DNA from: Veleropilina oligotropha
Taxonomy: Eukaryota
Assembly: GCA_048128005.1 (NCBI GenBank)
Contig: JBEUKZ010000096.1
Location: 434,001-498,000, forward strand
Direction: 5' to 3'
Length of the DNA stretch: 64,000 bases
This document shows positions 25,739 to 37,932 of the stretch, one piece after another. A program made the translations under genes and the position numbers. The notes beneath the pieces are model-generated. The model searched no databases and was not told the origin of the DNA. It saw nothing but the letters and a program-made list of their open reading frames with translations. Numbering within the stretch: the stretch's first letter is position 1; every line of letters begins with the position of its first letter.

Positions 25739-26938
25739 ACAAGAAGACAAAGCCATCAATATCCCCTGCCATGGTACATTCACAATAATTACTATATGCT
25801 GTATGTTCTTGAAACAATATAGTTGATTTAAATAATAACAAGGGCAATAACTCTGTCATTAATCCTGACGCCACGTTAAAATTATGAAAAGGCACCAACT
25901 ACTAAATACAGCCACCAAGTTTCGTAATGATAAGTCAAGCACTGTATGAGATATTGTCGGGAATAACAAAATTAAAGCAAGGGCAATAACTCTGTGAATA
26001 TTTGACGTACAATGTCGAAAGGCACAAGTTCAACAACTGCTTAATACACCCACCAAATTGCGTAAAGTTAAGCCAAGGGGTTTATGAGATACGCTTCGGA
26101 AAGGAGAACATTAACAACAAGGGCAATAACTCTGTTTATGATCACCACACAACGTCGAAACTCGCAAAAGGCACCAGTTCACCGACTACTTAATATATCC
26201 AGCAAGTTTCGTAAAGTTATGTCGAGCGGTGCATGAGCTATGCTTCGGAAAAGAGAAATTTAACGAATTTAGAAGGGAAATAACTCTGTTAATGATCTCC
26301 GCACAACGTCGAAACTAGCAAAAGGCACCAGTTTACCGACTACAGAATACATCCAGCAAGTTTCGTAAACTTATGTCAAGCGTTGTATGAGCTAGGCTCC
26401 AGAAAAGATAACATTAACGAATTTAGAACAAGGGAAATAACTCTGTTAATAGCGACACGACGTTGAAACTAGCAAAAGGCACCAGTTCACCGACTACTTA
26501 ATATATCCAGCAAGTTTCGTAAAGGTATGTCAAGCGGTGTATGAGCTACGCTCCGAAAAAGTAATATGAACGAATTTAGAACAAGGGAAATAACTGTTAA
26601 TAATAGCGACATGACGTCGAAACTAGCAAAAGGCACCAGTTCACCGACTACTGAATACATCCAGCACGCTTCGTAAAGTTATGTCAAGCGGTGTATGAGC
26701 TACGCTCCGGGAAAGATAACATTAACGAATTTAGAACAAGGGAAATAACTCTGTTAATAATAGCGACACGATGTCGAAACTAGCAAAAGGCACCAGTTCA
26801 CCTTGTACTTGATACACCCAGGAAGTTTCAAAAAGTTATGTCGAGCGGTATATGAGATATATATGCTCCGGAAAAGATAATTTGCACGGACGGACTGCAT
26901 TTTAATATCCCCCGCAAATTTTTTTTGCGGGGGATAAT
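25739..26938. mobile_element. HINE-like element carrying a ~120-bp satellite-like array
   Basis: AACAAG start with subterminal ATATCCCC; about 8 units of AAGGG(C/A)AATAACTCTGT..AAAGGCACCAG..AAGTTTCGTAA; 3' hairpin ATCCCCCGCAAA..TTTGCGGGGGAT. A degenerate inverted relative lies at about 15945-16310. Confidence 0.75.
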
Positions 26939-27400
26939 TATCCGTGAAGGCACAATGACACGGAAACAATTATGCTTCTTGTCATTGTTAACAACCTTTC
27001 GTATCTTGAAATGGGGCATAATGGGTTTTTGGCTGTGTTTTCAGTTGTGGAATGTCTTCACAACTCTCCAATTCCTTAAAAAGAATGTGCTCGGCCCCTC
27101 CGGGGCCCCAATTCCTTAAAAAGAATGTCTCTGCCCCTCCGGGGCTTCATCTCATTTCATTTTATTAAAAGAATGGAGAGTTGCTCGGACATTCCCCTGA
27201 ACATAATACTGGCATAGCGAACTGGAAAATCATTGCACATGTCACAGGACTAAAATGCTATATTAAATTTTATATAATATCACCGCCAGATGCAGTCGTA
27301 TGCATTCACTGACAAAACTTAAAACAAAAACTTTCTCATCCACGTTACCTTTTGAAAAAGTATTCTAAACATGTTTTTCAACAAAAAAGGTGTATTTTAC

Positions 27401-27567
27401 CTTTATTACTGGAAGGCGTAGATATGCTTGTTGAAGCTGATTATAATTCGGATATGTGCTGTAGGTAACATATTGTCCTTCACCCTGGAGATCCATCACT
27501 AGCAACAATTCCTTCTTAAATAGGATGTCTGGCTGTTCCCTGTAGTAAGCTTCCTTCAGCCAAAATC
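27401..27567 (-). CDS. TMEM231: TMEM231 coding exon 2
   Basis: (G)FWLKEAYYREQPDILFKKELLLV..YSTYPNYNQL..LRLPVIK; TGTAG and GTAAA boundaries. Confidence 0.9.
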
Positions 27568-28128
27568 CTACAAGAAAATGTTACGGTGATCAAAATAAAT
27601 ATAGACTACCGGTAACAAACAAACTACACTTGGTTGTCTTCATTTGCTTATAGGCACAAAATAAATCTAAATGAATACGTTTAATTTTACGACCACATTT
27701 TTGACAATTTTTCAGTCGTATCTCAGATTCTGTAGTCGGTAGTACCAGGTACCTCAGTTTAATAACTCATTTTGAAGGATGAGTAACTTGTTTTAAGCCC
27801 TTCTGTTAGTTTTTGCGTTAGAATAAGCTACGCCGTTGTGGGAATTGAACTCGCATGCTACTGTTCCACTTAAAGGCTGGTCTGCGACTACAAAAAGTGA
27901 GAGCCAGTGGTGAAATCATTTCTGATTTGTAAAGCGACGAGAGTAGATAGAGATGTCGACATATCATTGGTTGACAATTGGTTAAAACATCACCTGTAGT
28001 ATATTAATTTTCACTCATAGTGCCCAAACTTTTAATCTAAAATAAAGATTTTACTTGAAAAATAAGTCACATTTTTTATCAAAAAGTGAAAAGATTCTGA
28101 AGATTTCAAGTGGAAAATTTGTATTATA

Positions 28129-28520
28129 CACAGTGTTTCAAAAGTATATGTCACATATGGACTCTTCATATATCTATAATTACTGAAGATATAAAAACAC
28201 TACTTATGTCTTATGAAAGCTAATATTCTTAAGTTTCAAGTACAACAAATTTGAAAACAAAAGTCCAAGAAATAAAGGTTTTATTAACAATTTTAGAGAT
28301 GTTCAATGTGTGCGCCGTCGGTTACACGGCACACATCCAAACGATAGTCCATTTCTTGCCAAACGCGCACACGCATATCGTAGTCGACAGTAGCCAAGGC
28401 GTCAGTTATTCGAGTCTTCATGCCTTCAGCTTTATAATGGTACCAGTTTCATTCTGATACCATTTGTAGTTCCAGAGATATGAGTACTTAGAATGTGACA
28501 TATACTTTTGAAACACCCTG
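28129..28520. mobile_element. Tc1/mariner-type MITE
   Basis: ~28-bp TIR CA..GTGTTTCAAAAGTATATGTCACAT with TA flanks. Confidence 0.65.
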
Positions 28521-30020
28521 TATATCTAGATATTGTGTAAAACACAGGACTCAGACAGTAAAATAATAATTAACTAGACCACCTTGCGACTTAATTCTGA
28601 CCATAAATTGACCAATCGTAAACATATTAAGTACTGTATGATCTATCCATATTTTGTCTTATTTCTTTCAGAATGCAGCTTCACCACGAATGATGTCACA
28701 TACTAACTTCGGTATTGTGGTTCTCATTTGAAAAATGGCATTTGTTCACAACTACACTTACCAACCTCACTGAAATCTGGGAATATTGTTTTTATTATTG
28801 ATTCAATATTATATATATATCTATTCTGCATTCACCTCTAGGTGATTTTAGAAATTACTATTATTATAAAGTTTATGTCTACTTCCATTTGCCATTATAA
28901 TGTTATGATAATTTTCAACAGACTATTATTATTAATGAGCACGAAGTGAGAGCCCTTATAGACTAACACGAGTGCAGAAAATAATCATTGCAGAATTTGA
29001 AGGGCCTACTATAATAAACAGGAAACAAAATCAATGCATTCTGGGATTGATTTTGCAAAAATAAGACTGTGGAGTGTCGTCTGTGATTCGGTAATTCCGC
29101 GGATCGGAGCGGAATTTGCCGAATCAAACTCAGGTCCGAAGTTCAAGAGACATTGGTCCAATATGTCAATAATCAAGTTTAGAGAATGGTGACCTTTCTA
29201 TTAGTAGTTTCAAACTTTGTATTAATAATGAACGAAGATCGTTCTATAGATTAGGGACATGACCCCAATATATAAACATACCTTGCAACTTGAACCGATG
29301 GTCACGAATTGACCACTGCGCACGCACGAGTCAGCCATGTATCTCTCGTTTTGCATTGTTCACTCGATCTTTTAATAATGGAGTACCAAAATCACGCACC
29401 ATCGAGATATGCAAAACAACGTAATTACGGGAAAAATTCAAATTATCTAAGTAAAATAACGAGCTTGAAGTGCGAGCTCTATAGGCTAACACGTGTGTAC
29501 AAAATAATGAATTTTCAACAAAATCGTATAGGCCTACCATATAAACAGGAAACAGACATTCTGTGATTCTTTTGGCCAAAATACCAAATCGTCCGGTTAT
29601 GGGTAAAATTATGGTGACAGGTCGGTTATGGGTAATATCATATTTTATATTTAGTTTATTTACCAAGAGTGTCAAGCGCGAAGCGCTTGCACATAAACAT
29701 TCACATGACATGCGCATAGCACCTATAATAAACAATGAATCGTTAGCGTAAATGTGACGTCATTGCCTATCGCGCTACATTTAAAATTTGGCCGAATGTC
29801 ATCTTCGTAAGTTGATCCAATATAATTATGTCAATGTACTAGTTGGACAATGAAAGAAGGAATTAAAGCATTCTATTAAATAGTGGTTTAAAACTTTGTT
29901 ATTAGTTTTAATAATTATATGTACGTAACATGTTATATCTGAGTGCTCATTTCTAGGTAGCACCTACAACATATTAATGGTAATAGATGTGACAAATTGA
30001 TATAAACTCATTAAGTATTA

Positions 30021-31384
30021 CAGGGGTCGAAATTAACGGTGGCCCAAGACTACCAAATTTGTGATCGGGAAACTAGATAATTACTGTCGGTGTCCCGGTG
30101 GACCACCAGTGGTGCCCACTTGAATTTGCCAGAGTCAAAAGTTGCGTGCGGCGCCAATAAACGATATGATAAATCAATAAATATACTTATAAAATCATGT
30201 TTCTTTTCATATTAAATACTTTTAATACAGCTCATAATGTATGTACGCGGCGTCGCGGCATGCTTCAATTGTTTCGATTCGACTGTTTCATGCTCTCGCA
30301 GCGAGTGACTTGAATACATTCTCGCTATTTCTGTGCAATGCCGACAAGTGGTATTCAGAAGCATTCGGTACTTCCTATCATTTCTTTTCAACATCGTTCT
30401 TATAATATCATCGGTCATTTTCGCTATATTCCGGTTACAGTGCTATTCGTATGAGGCTCGTATTTAGCGACTTTCACTTTTACCGCGCTGATATTTTAGC
30501 AATATTTGCGCAAAAATATAGAGATTTAAACTCGATAAAATAACAGTGTTTGTAACTAAAGTAACTTGTATATGAAATTATATTAAGTGTAATAGGATAT
30601 ACGCAAAGAATACGGTTCATTCGGCAAGTATCATTGCATTTCTATATCAAGGGAGATAATTTAGTGTGACCACTACAATAACTTATTACCTACGAAATGG
30701 AAATATATTATATTTTGAATGGTGAAAGCCGATGAATTCTGAAATTAGACTTGTGTGAAATTTCGTTTTCAAATTATCAAGCATAAAATGTAAGACTATT
30801 CCAAAATCCATCGAAGTGTTATTGTTGCAACTTGCTAAACAGCTCTATGTGCATTGCTAACAATTTAATATCAAGGAAATGTGTAAAATAATTACATAAA
30901 AAATAGATTACTTATTATATAATTTAATGGTGAACAACTTGGCTGCAAATTCTAAAAAAAACAGATGTGATACAAATTTATAACATGACAGTGACATCAA
31001 GCCTTTCTCGGTGTGATGGGTCACACTTAACTGTGACAGCTAACATTATAATGAAAATCACCTTTATAAACCAATGAAGTAGTTTTTTTGACAAAGCGCC
31101 AATCCAATGTCGCTTCATTTACCACAGTCAATGGCTCTCCTCACTATTTTCTGGAAAGTAAATTATTACTTATCCTTCATTCTACAAACTATTAGCTATG
31201 GTGTTACTCTATGTCAGTTGTCTTCAAGTGTGCTATTTTTGCTACATGTACTTGTAGCCTACAATATGTGTCGTGACATATTATATAATAGGTTTTGGTG
31301 GACCACCAAAACTGTCGGGCAACCAAATTTCTGGACCTGGTTGCCCTGGGGACCACCAGTCAATAAACTTAATTTCTACCCCTG
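30021..31384. mobile_element. hAT-like non-autonomous element
   Basis: TIR CAGGGGT(C/A)GAAATTAA and subterminal GGACCACCA repeats; no TSD recognisable. Confidence 0.5.
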
Positions 31385-32034
31385 TACTATGCATATATAT
31401 TGCGTGAAGTTTTGAACAAGTCATAGCAACATATGTGTGCCATAGTAGATTAGGGACACAACCACAATATCTGCACATACCTGTGCATACCTTGCAACTT
31501 GAACCGGATGGTCACGAATTGACCACTGCGCAAACTCGAGTCAGCCATGTTTCGAAGGAAATTCGGTATTTTTACGACAACGGCCGATTTTAAACTTCAA
31601 ATTATCCAAGTACAATAACATTAATAACGCGACAACTTGATATAAACCCATTGCTATCATCTGTGCATATATCTTTTTCTGCAAGAATGGCGTGATGTTT
31701 TGATAATTGCGACGTCAGAGAAAATGTGTAGCTAAGCAACAATTAATGAGTGACGTCGCGGAATGTGTGTCAGCTTACACTAGACGTTAAGAAGACAGGG
31801 TACGGATTTCATAATTTTTATTTGTGTATAATCCCTATTCTGCGTTCGTATCTAGGTGCTACCTACAACATATTATCTGTGCATATATATGTTATATCTG
31901 AGTGCTCGTTTCTAGGTAGCACCTACAGCATATTATTCGGTATTCACAAAGTCGCAACACGCACGAACATGACATTTCAGATGTCAACATTAAATCTATG
32001 ATAATATGTCACTATATATAAACAATGATCTTAC

Positions 32035-32173
32035 CATAGCTTCTGTATGCTATAAAAAGAGGTGGGATAAACGTTAAAATTAAAATGAATATCTGTATTA
32101 TAGTGGCCTTCGTGCAAACATGAGTTTTATATCTTCTCAACTCTGGATGCGAAAATACTTCGTACACCGCCAT
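32035..32173 (-). CDS. TMEM231: TMEM231 coding exon 1
   Basis: MAVYEVFSHPELRRYKTHVCTKAT..LTFIPPLFIAYRSYG, then GTAAG. The seven exons sum to 933 nt (310 aa plus stop) in one frame. Confidence 0.93.
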
Positions 32174-32842
32174 TTTTAAACATAGCAGTCTCGCACTTAA
32201 TGTGAAGGAAGTGTTTATCGCTGTTGTGATAAGGAATTTTAATTTTAGTTTTAATATAAAAATGACACAACCATTATATTTTAATTCGAAAATTATAAGC
32301 ACAGTTCCTTAATTTTTGAGCGGAGAAATGGCGGGAAAAGCTGTCAAGCGCTATGGCTTAGTGTAATCGGCGGAGCAAACTTCCATGCGAACTTTTAATC
32401 AGACTACGAAACGGCGAACGAAACGAAACGAACATTAGAAGGGTTGATAAATAGCATATAATTTCAATTATATATTGCGTCACGTTTGTTATATTATATG
32501 TGCATACATATTTATATATATGCGGGCGACATTGATGCTATAAGTAATAGGGTACGTGAACGACAGATTCACTCATGAATCAGGACATCAGTCGACCTAT
32601 ATATGAATACCGGCTACTTCGAACTCCTGCTGATTCGGAACCTCAACCTCATTGCTTGGGCGGTGCGGGTCGTTTCGGTCATAAATCATACGAGAGCATT
32701 ACTTACAATATTTACCTCATATACCTTACTAATTATTAACTAACATTGCCAGCAATTAATACCTATCCTTTCAAGTCATTTATATAAAAATGCGTTATAA
32801 ATGTGTTATAAGGGCATCTCATTAAGTCATTTCATATTTATA

Positions 32843-35730
32843 CTCATACTCATACTCATCCGCTTCTGATTTGGTTAGGCTTAGAAGCCTGTATCAGGTC
32901 GAGGCCTGTCTAATTCTGACTTATTCGGATTATAAGCATCGAGTACCGGGTGTATGCAAAACTTAAACTGCGACCAATGTTTATCCAATCTAGCCTTGAA
33001 GGCGTTGAGGGAAGGCGCTTCTACGACATGGTCTGGCAGTCCGTTCCAAGCATTTACTATCCTGTTGCTGTAGTACTGTTGCCTGATGGGTTTTCGTACT
33101 CTTTCTTTCTTCAGCTTATATTTATGGCCTCTGGTATTGGTGTTGTCAAGTTTCAGGTAAGTAGCATCTACAGTGTATCTTCCAGTCATATGTTTGAACG
33201 TTTCTATCATATCTCCCCTGGCTCTTCGATAGTACAAGCTGGGTAGGTCTAATGTCTTCAGACGTTCTTCGTAAGGGAGGTTCTTTATGGCTGGTGATAA
33301 TTTTGTGGCGCGTCTCTGAACATTCTCAAGTAATACCATGTCCTTCTTAAATCTTGGTGTCCAGGCCGTATTGCCATACTCAAGGTGTGGACGGATTAGT
33401 GACATGTATAGCGTCTTCACAGTGTCATTGTCTAGGTACGTGTACGAGCGGCGTATCATGCCCAGAAGTTTATTCACCTTGTTAACCTTGTCCTCGCAGT
33501 GAGCCGAGAAGGTGAGTCCGGGGTCTATATATATTCCGAGGTCTTTCTCGAGTTCTGTGACTTGGAGGTCAATTTCCTGTCCATCTTGGTGCATGTGGTA
33601 GCTGTAATTCTGATTGCTAGAACCCAGATGCATAACCTTACACTTCTGTGCATTAAAGCGTAATTGCCACTTGTTGGTCCATTCTTCGAGTGCCGTCAGG
33701 TCCTCTTGTAAAGCCTGCTGGTCTTCGGGGCCATTTACCTCCATATACAGTTTCGTATCATCAGCGAACATTTGGATGAATGCATGGACGACCTCGGGCA
33801 TATCATTAATGAAGCATATAAATAATAGGGGCCCTAACACACTTCCTTGTGGAATACCACTTAGCACTAATGCAGCAATCGACTTCACACCATTTATTAC
33901 TACATGCTGAATTCTTGCCAGCAGGAAATCCTCTATCCAGGTCCATAACTTCCCTGTGATGCCGAAGCTCTCTATCTTCATGAGTAGGCGCTGGTGAGGG
34001 ACTGAATCAAAGGCTTTGGCGAAGTCTAAATACACCGAGTCTATATTGCTGTCATTGTCTAACGCTTCTGTCCACTTGTCTAAAACAGCTAATATCTGAG
34101 TAACACATGATCTTCCCTTGACAAAGCCATGTTGGCATTTTGTCAGTAGTTGGTTGTGTACGAGATGGTGCATGATCTTGTCCCGTATGATAGACTCTAA
34201 TGTCTTACACACGACAGACGTCAAGCTGACGGGGCGGTAGTTGTTGGCCTGATGACGGTCGCCTTTCTTGAAGATTGGGGACACAAAGCCGATCTTCCAT
34301 CCACTCGGTAGTCTGCCTTGATCAATTGATTGTCTGAAGATATTATACAGGGGTTCTGCTATCACTGTGTGTAGTTCCTTTAGTATCCTGGGGGAAACGC
34401 CATCTGGGCCTGGGGATTTATTGGGGTTCAAGTTGGCTAGTTTCTTCGCAACATCTTCTATGGTGAAGTCTGCATCCTCAAGTTTCACATCTGTTCTACT
34501 GTCTGGGGTATTCGGCATATTGGCTGTATCCTCTATGGTGAAAACCGACGAGAAGAACTTATTCAACTCCTCCGCCTTTTGTTTGTCCGTAGTAGTGAGC
34601 CTACCATCTTCTCTCGTAAGGTGTGCAATGCCAGATTTGGTCTTCATCTTTGATTGAGCATATCTGTAGAATGCCTTGGGATTCTTCTTACATTCTTTGG
34701 CTAATTTTCGCTCAAATTCCTTTTCCGCCTTCCGGCATTCCCATTTCGACTGGTTTCTTGCCTTTGTATACGCTCTATAGTCTTTTCCGTCTCGAGTTCT
34801 TCGCCATGTATTAAACGTAGTTTTCTTCAACTTCACCTTTTCTCTGGCCTTGGCTGTCATGTAAATAGGTCTAAATAGCTGCTGATTGTGCGGTTTAGAT
34901 TTGGGGATGTGACTATCTGCCAGGCGTTTAATGTTATTCATGAAACAGAGCCACATTTCGTCTAGATCTGTTGTATTCCAGTCCATTGTGGCCGCCTCTT
35001 CTCTCATGGCAGTATAATTTCCCTTGTGATACAACAACTTAGGTGTTATCCTTGTGGGTCGTTCAGTGTAGCACATGAAATCAAATGTTATACACGTATG
35101 GTGACTTTTTCCAATAGGTGCACTTAATACCACGTTGTCCACCATGCCTTCTTCGTTGGTGATCACTAGATCTAACGTATTCGGCTGTTGATTCGATCGG
35201 TAGTGTGTTGGGTCTGTTATATGCTGATATAGATACAAGTCTCTGAGTGTCTCAACAAATGCTGTAGCTGGATGAGTTACGGCATTTGGCGTCGTCCCAA
35301 CTCTCCAATTAATCTCGCTGTAATTGAAATCGCCAATGACAAGGATGTGACTAGTCCCTATCTCTGCTGCGTTCTTCATCAGGGTCCTCAGATGATCATG
35401 ATTCTCCCTCGAGCAATTTGGTGATCTGTATACAATGCCCAAGAGTAGTTTATCTGTACCTTTCAATTTCAACTCGCACCATAGCGACTCTTCAAAGTTG
35501 CCTTCACCTGGAACCTTCTTGACACTTACACTCAGGTGTGATCTAGTATAGAGTATTACTCCTCGTCTACGCTGACCATCAATATTCGTATGATGATCAT
35601 AGCCTGGCATTGAAAGTTCATGATGTTCAGGATCCATACTTCTATTTTTATCCAAAATCTCAGTTATGGCGATAATATCTGGTTTATGTTTTGAAATAAC
35701 CTCTGCTAGTTCCACTATAACCTCTGCTAG
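32843..35730 (-). mobile_element. 5'-truncated CR1-clade LINE
   Basis: Uninterrupted ORF2, short 3' UTR, (ATGAGT)3 tail, possible TTTATA target duplication. Confidence 0.9.
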
Positions 35731-35745
35731 TTTATATAAATACAA
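32881..35745 (-). CDS. LINE ORF2 (APE endonuclease plus reverse transcriptase); the first few codons come from flanking DNA
   Basis: PDIIAITE, YRSPN, GDFN, LDLV, KSPGPDG, NYRPVSLT, LDFAKAFDSV, GIPQGSVLGP, FADDTK. Confidence 0.93.
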   Translation of the reverse strand: MYLYKLAEVIVELAEVISKHKPDIIAITEILDKNRSMDPEHHELSMPGYDHHTNIDGQRRRGVILYTRSHLSVSVKKVPGEGNFEESLWCELKLKGTDKLLLGIVYRSPNCSRENHDHLRTLMKNAAEIGTSHILVIGDFNYSEINWRVGTTPNAVTHPATAFVETLRDLYLYQHITDPTHYRSNQQPNTLDLVITNEEGMVDNVVLSAPIGKSHHTCITFDFMCYTERPTRITPKLLYHKGNYTAMREEAATMDWNTTDLDEMWLCFMNNIKRLADSHIPKSKPHNQQLFRPIYMTAKAREKVKLKKTTFNTWRRTRDGKDYRAYTKARNQSKWECRKAEKEFERKLAKECKKNPKAFYRYAQSKMKTKSGIAHLTREDGRLTTTDKQKAEELNKFFSSVFTIEDTANMPNTPDSRTDVKLEDADFTIEDVAKKLANLNPNKSPGPDGVSPRILKELHTVIAEPLYNIFRQSIDQGRLPSGWKIGFVSPIFKKGDRHQANNYRPVSLTSVVCKTLESIIRDKIMHHLVHNQLLTKCQHGFVKGRSCVTQILAVLDKWTEALDNDSNIDSVYLDFAKAFDSVPHQRLLMKIESFGITGKLWTWIEDFLLARIQHVVINGVKSIAALVLSGIPQGSVLGPLLFICFINDMPEVVHAFIQMFADDTKLYMEVNGPEDQQALQEDLTALEEWTNKWQLRFNAQKCKVMHLGSSNQNYSYHMHQDGQEIDLQVTELEKDLGIYIDPGLTFSAHCEDKVNKVNKLLGMIRRSYTYLDNDTVKTLYMSLIRPHLEYGNTAWTPRFKKDMVLLENVQRRATKLSPAIKNLPYEERLKTLDLPSLYYRRARGDMIETFKHMTGRYTVDATYLKLDNTNTRGHKYKLKKERVRKPIRQQYYSNRIVNAWNGLPDHVVEAPSLNAFKARLDKHWSQFKFCIHPVLDAYNPNKSELDRPRPDTGF

Positions 35746-36078
35746 TTTTAATTTTTACTCAAAACTTTTACATAATAAAACGACACTTATATTACTCTTT
35801 TTAAATTATTTTCCAAATGGAACTTATATGAAATGTCTTGCCTGCATACGTAGTGATCAAGAGAAACATCTAAATCATTGAACCGTTTAACATAAAACTG
35901 GCAACATAATACGTTAACATCACGTGATTTTAGCCGAGATTTTAATCAGTGAGAGTCCGAATTAGCAAGAGTACGAATTAGCCTGTATTCAAAAAGGTCG
36001 ACTGATGTCCTGATGAGCGAATCTGTCATACACGAAGCCTATTATTCATAGCATCAATGCCGCTCGCATATGTAAATA

Positions 36079-36213
36079 CACAGTCCCCAGACGCTAGGCC
36101 CAAAAAACCCCGTTCTACGCAATGCCCCATATACTGATGTATATATTATATACATCAGTATATGGGGCATTGCGTAGAACGGGGTTTTTTGGGCCTAGCG
36201 TCCGGGGACTGTG
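36079..36213. mobile_element. 135-bp near-perfect palindromic MITE with 8-bp TSD TGTAAATA (P-superfamily-like)
   Basis: CACAGTCCCC..GGGGACTGTG termini; identical 8-mers on both flanks. Confidence 0.8.
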
Positions 36214-36572
36214 TGTAAATATGTATGCTGCATTGCATAATATGTATATGTATATATCATGACTAAACAAACGTATCGTAATGTATAATTAAATGCTATT
36301 TATCAACCCTTCTAATATTCGTTTCGTTTCGTTCGCCGTTTCGTAGTCTGATTAAAAGTTCGCATGCAAGTTTGCTCCGCCGATTACACTAAGCCAGCGC
36401 TATCTATCTTTGCTTGGTGTCGTTGAACTGTCATAAATATTTATGAACGCGTTACTATTTATTGTTTGCAGTATGTGAAGTTAAACTTGTTGCCCATGAT
36501 TTGAGACAATATATGCACGGATCCAGGGGGTCCAACTGTCGGCCTTTGAAATTTTAGAAATGCATGTGTAAC

Positions 36573-37443
36573 CACAGTCCCCCGGACGACCCGTCACATA
36601 TAAAAAAAAATGTATCGAAATCGCCAGGCAAATGCCCCAGATATTGATTGCTATATAACACAGAGAAAGTTGTGCAACGAAAAAATGGCGATAATTGGTA
36701 AACACTGGCAATACACGGTCCCAACTTTATACATACAAAATTGACATACCTCGTACTGCTGGAATAGATAAACGAGGTATTTTTCTTGCTATCGGTGTAC
36801 TTGTTCAAGGTTTATTTGGACACTGGGCTGAGAATCGGAACCTTTTTACCGATCACTCCAACACAAAAGTCTGTAACGCACGACATGACATCGCAGCTCC
36901 GCAGCGAACACAAATATTATATATTTAATAAAATAAATACTTTGTTATTTGTCTTTACTTGTAATTTATTGCTTTAAATACATTTTTTATATGTACATTT
37001 TGTCTGCGATTTTTTTTTAAAGACCTGTTAAAGAAAACGTTATTGTTTTACAAGATTATGTAAAGGGAGATAACTGGATACGATGTCTCAAATATATAAT
37101 ATTTGTGTTCGCTGCGGAGCTGCGATGTCATGTCGTGCGTTACAGACTTTTGTGTTGGAGTGATCGGTAAAAAGGTTCCGATTCTCAGCCCAGTGTCCAA
37201 ATAAACCTTGAACAAGTACACCGATAGCAAGAAAAATACGTCGTTTATCTATTCCAGCAGTACGAGGTATGTCAATTTTGTATGTATAAAGTTGTGACCG
37301 TGTATTGCCAGTGTTTACAAATTATCGCCATTTTTTCGTTGCACAACTTTCTCTGTGTTATATAGCAATCAATATCTGGGGCATTTGCCTGGCGATTTTG
37401 ATACATTTTTTTTTATATGTGACGGGTCGTCCGGGGGACTGTG
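36573..37443. mobile_element. Foldback MITE with ~350-bp arms and 7-bp TSD GTGTAAC (P-superfamily-like)
   Basis: Near-identical inverted arms, which produce mirrored ORFs in the track; CACAGTCCCC termini. Confidence 0.8.
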
Positions 37444-37932
37444 GTGTAACAGTGTTTCTGACGGCCGAGGCTCTCGGCACGACGGTCGTGCGGATAACTA
37501 CGGAAGCGTATTACTGCCACAACCACTATATTTATTAATCCGAATATGCGGATTATTAATCCGAATATGCGGATTAGCATTGTATATAAGCAAAGCCTTC
37601 GCCTTTGATTTTCATTAAACATGATTGAATAAAGGAAGTTAGTTTGATGCCAAATATCTGGTATAATATTGATTCTCTGACTATTGCTTAATGCGCCATT
37701 TAACACCCATCAAGGTTATATCTGGATATTTCGATATTATTGTTGGAGGAAGGCCTGTTGGTCCGGGGAAACCAGCCCTCACAAACCAGACCAATCGGCA
37801 ATGACTGAAAGTATTCAACCGAGGATTCGAACGCCCACATGCGAATCAGAGCAGTCAGGCGAGTGAATTAGGGGTCACGCTCTTGTCAACTGACCTGAGA
37901 TGAAGCAATGCAATATGATGTACCATTAGTAG

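Larger units (their letters stand above)
32355..36395. mobile_element. Non-autonomous long-TIR DNA element with 8-bp TSD (AGCGCTAT), carrying nested insertions
   Basis: Arms begin GGCTTAGTGTAATCGGCGGAGC (about 250-290 bp); TSD at 32347-32354 and 36396-36403. Confidence 0.8.

Noticed and set aside
36481..37618. Pairs of identical ORFs on opposite strands
   Set aside because: Produced by the inverted arms of the foldback MITE.
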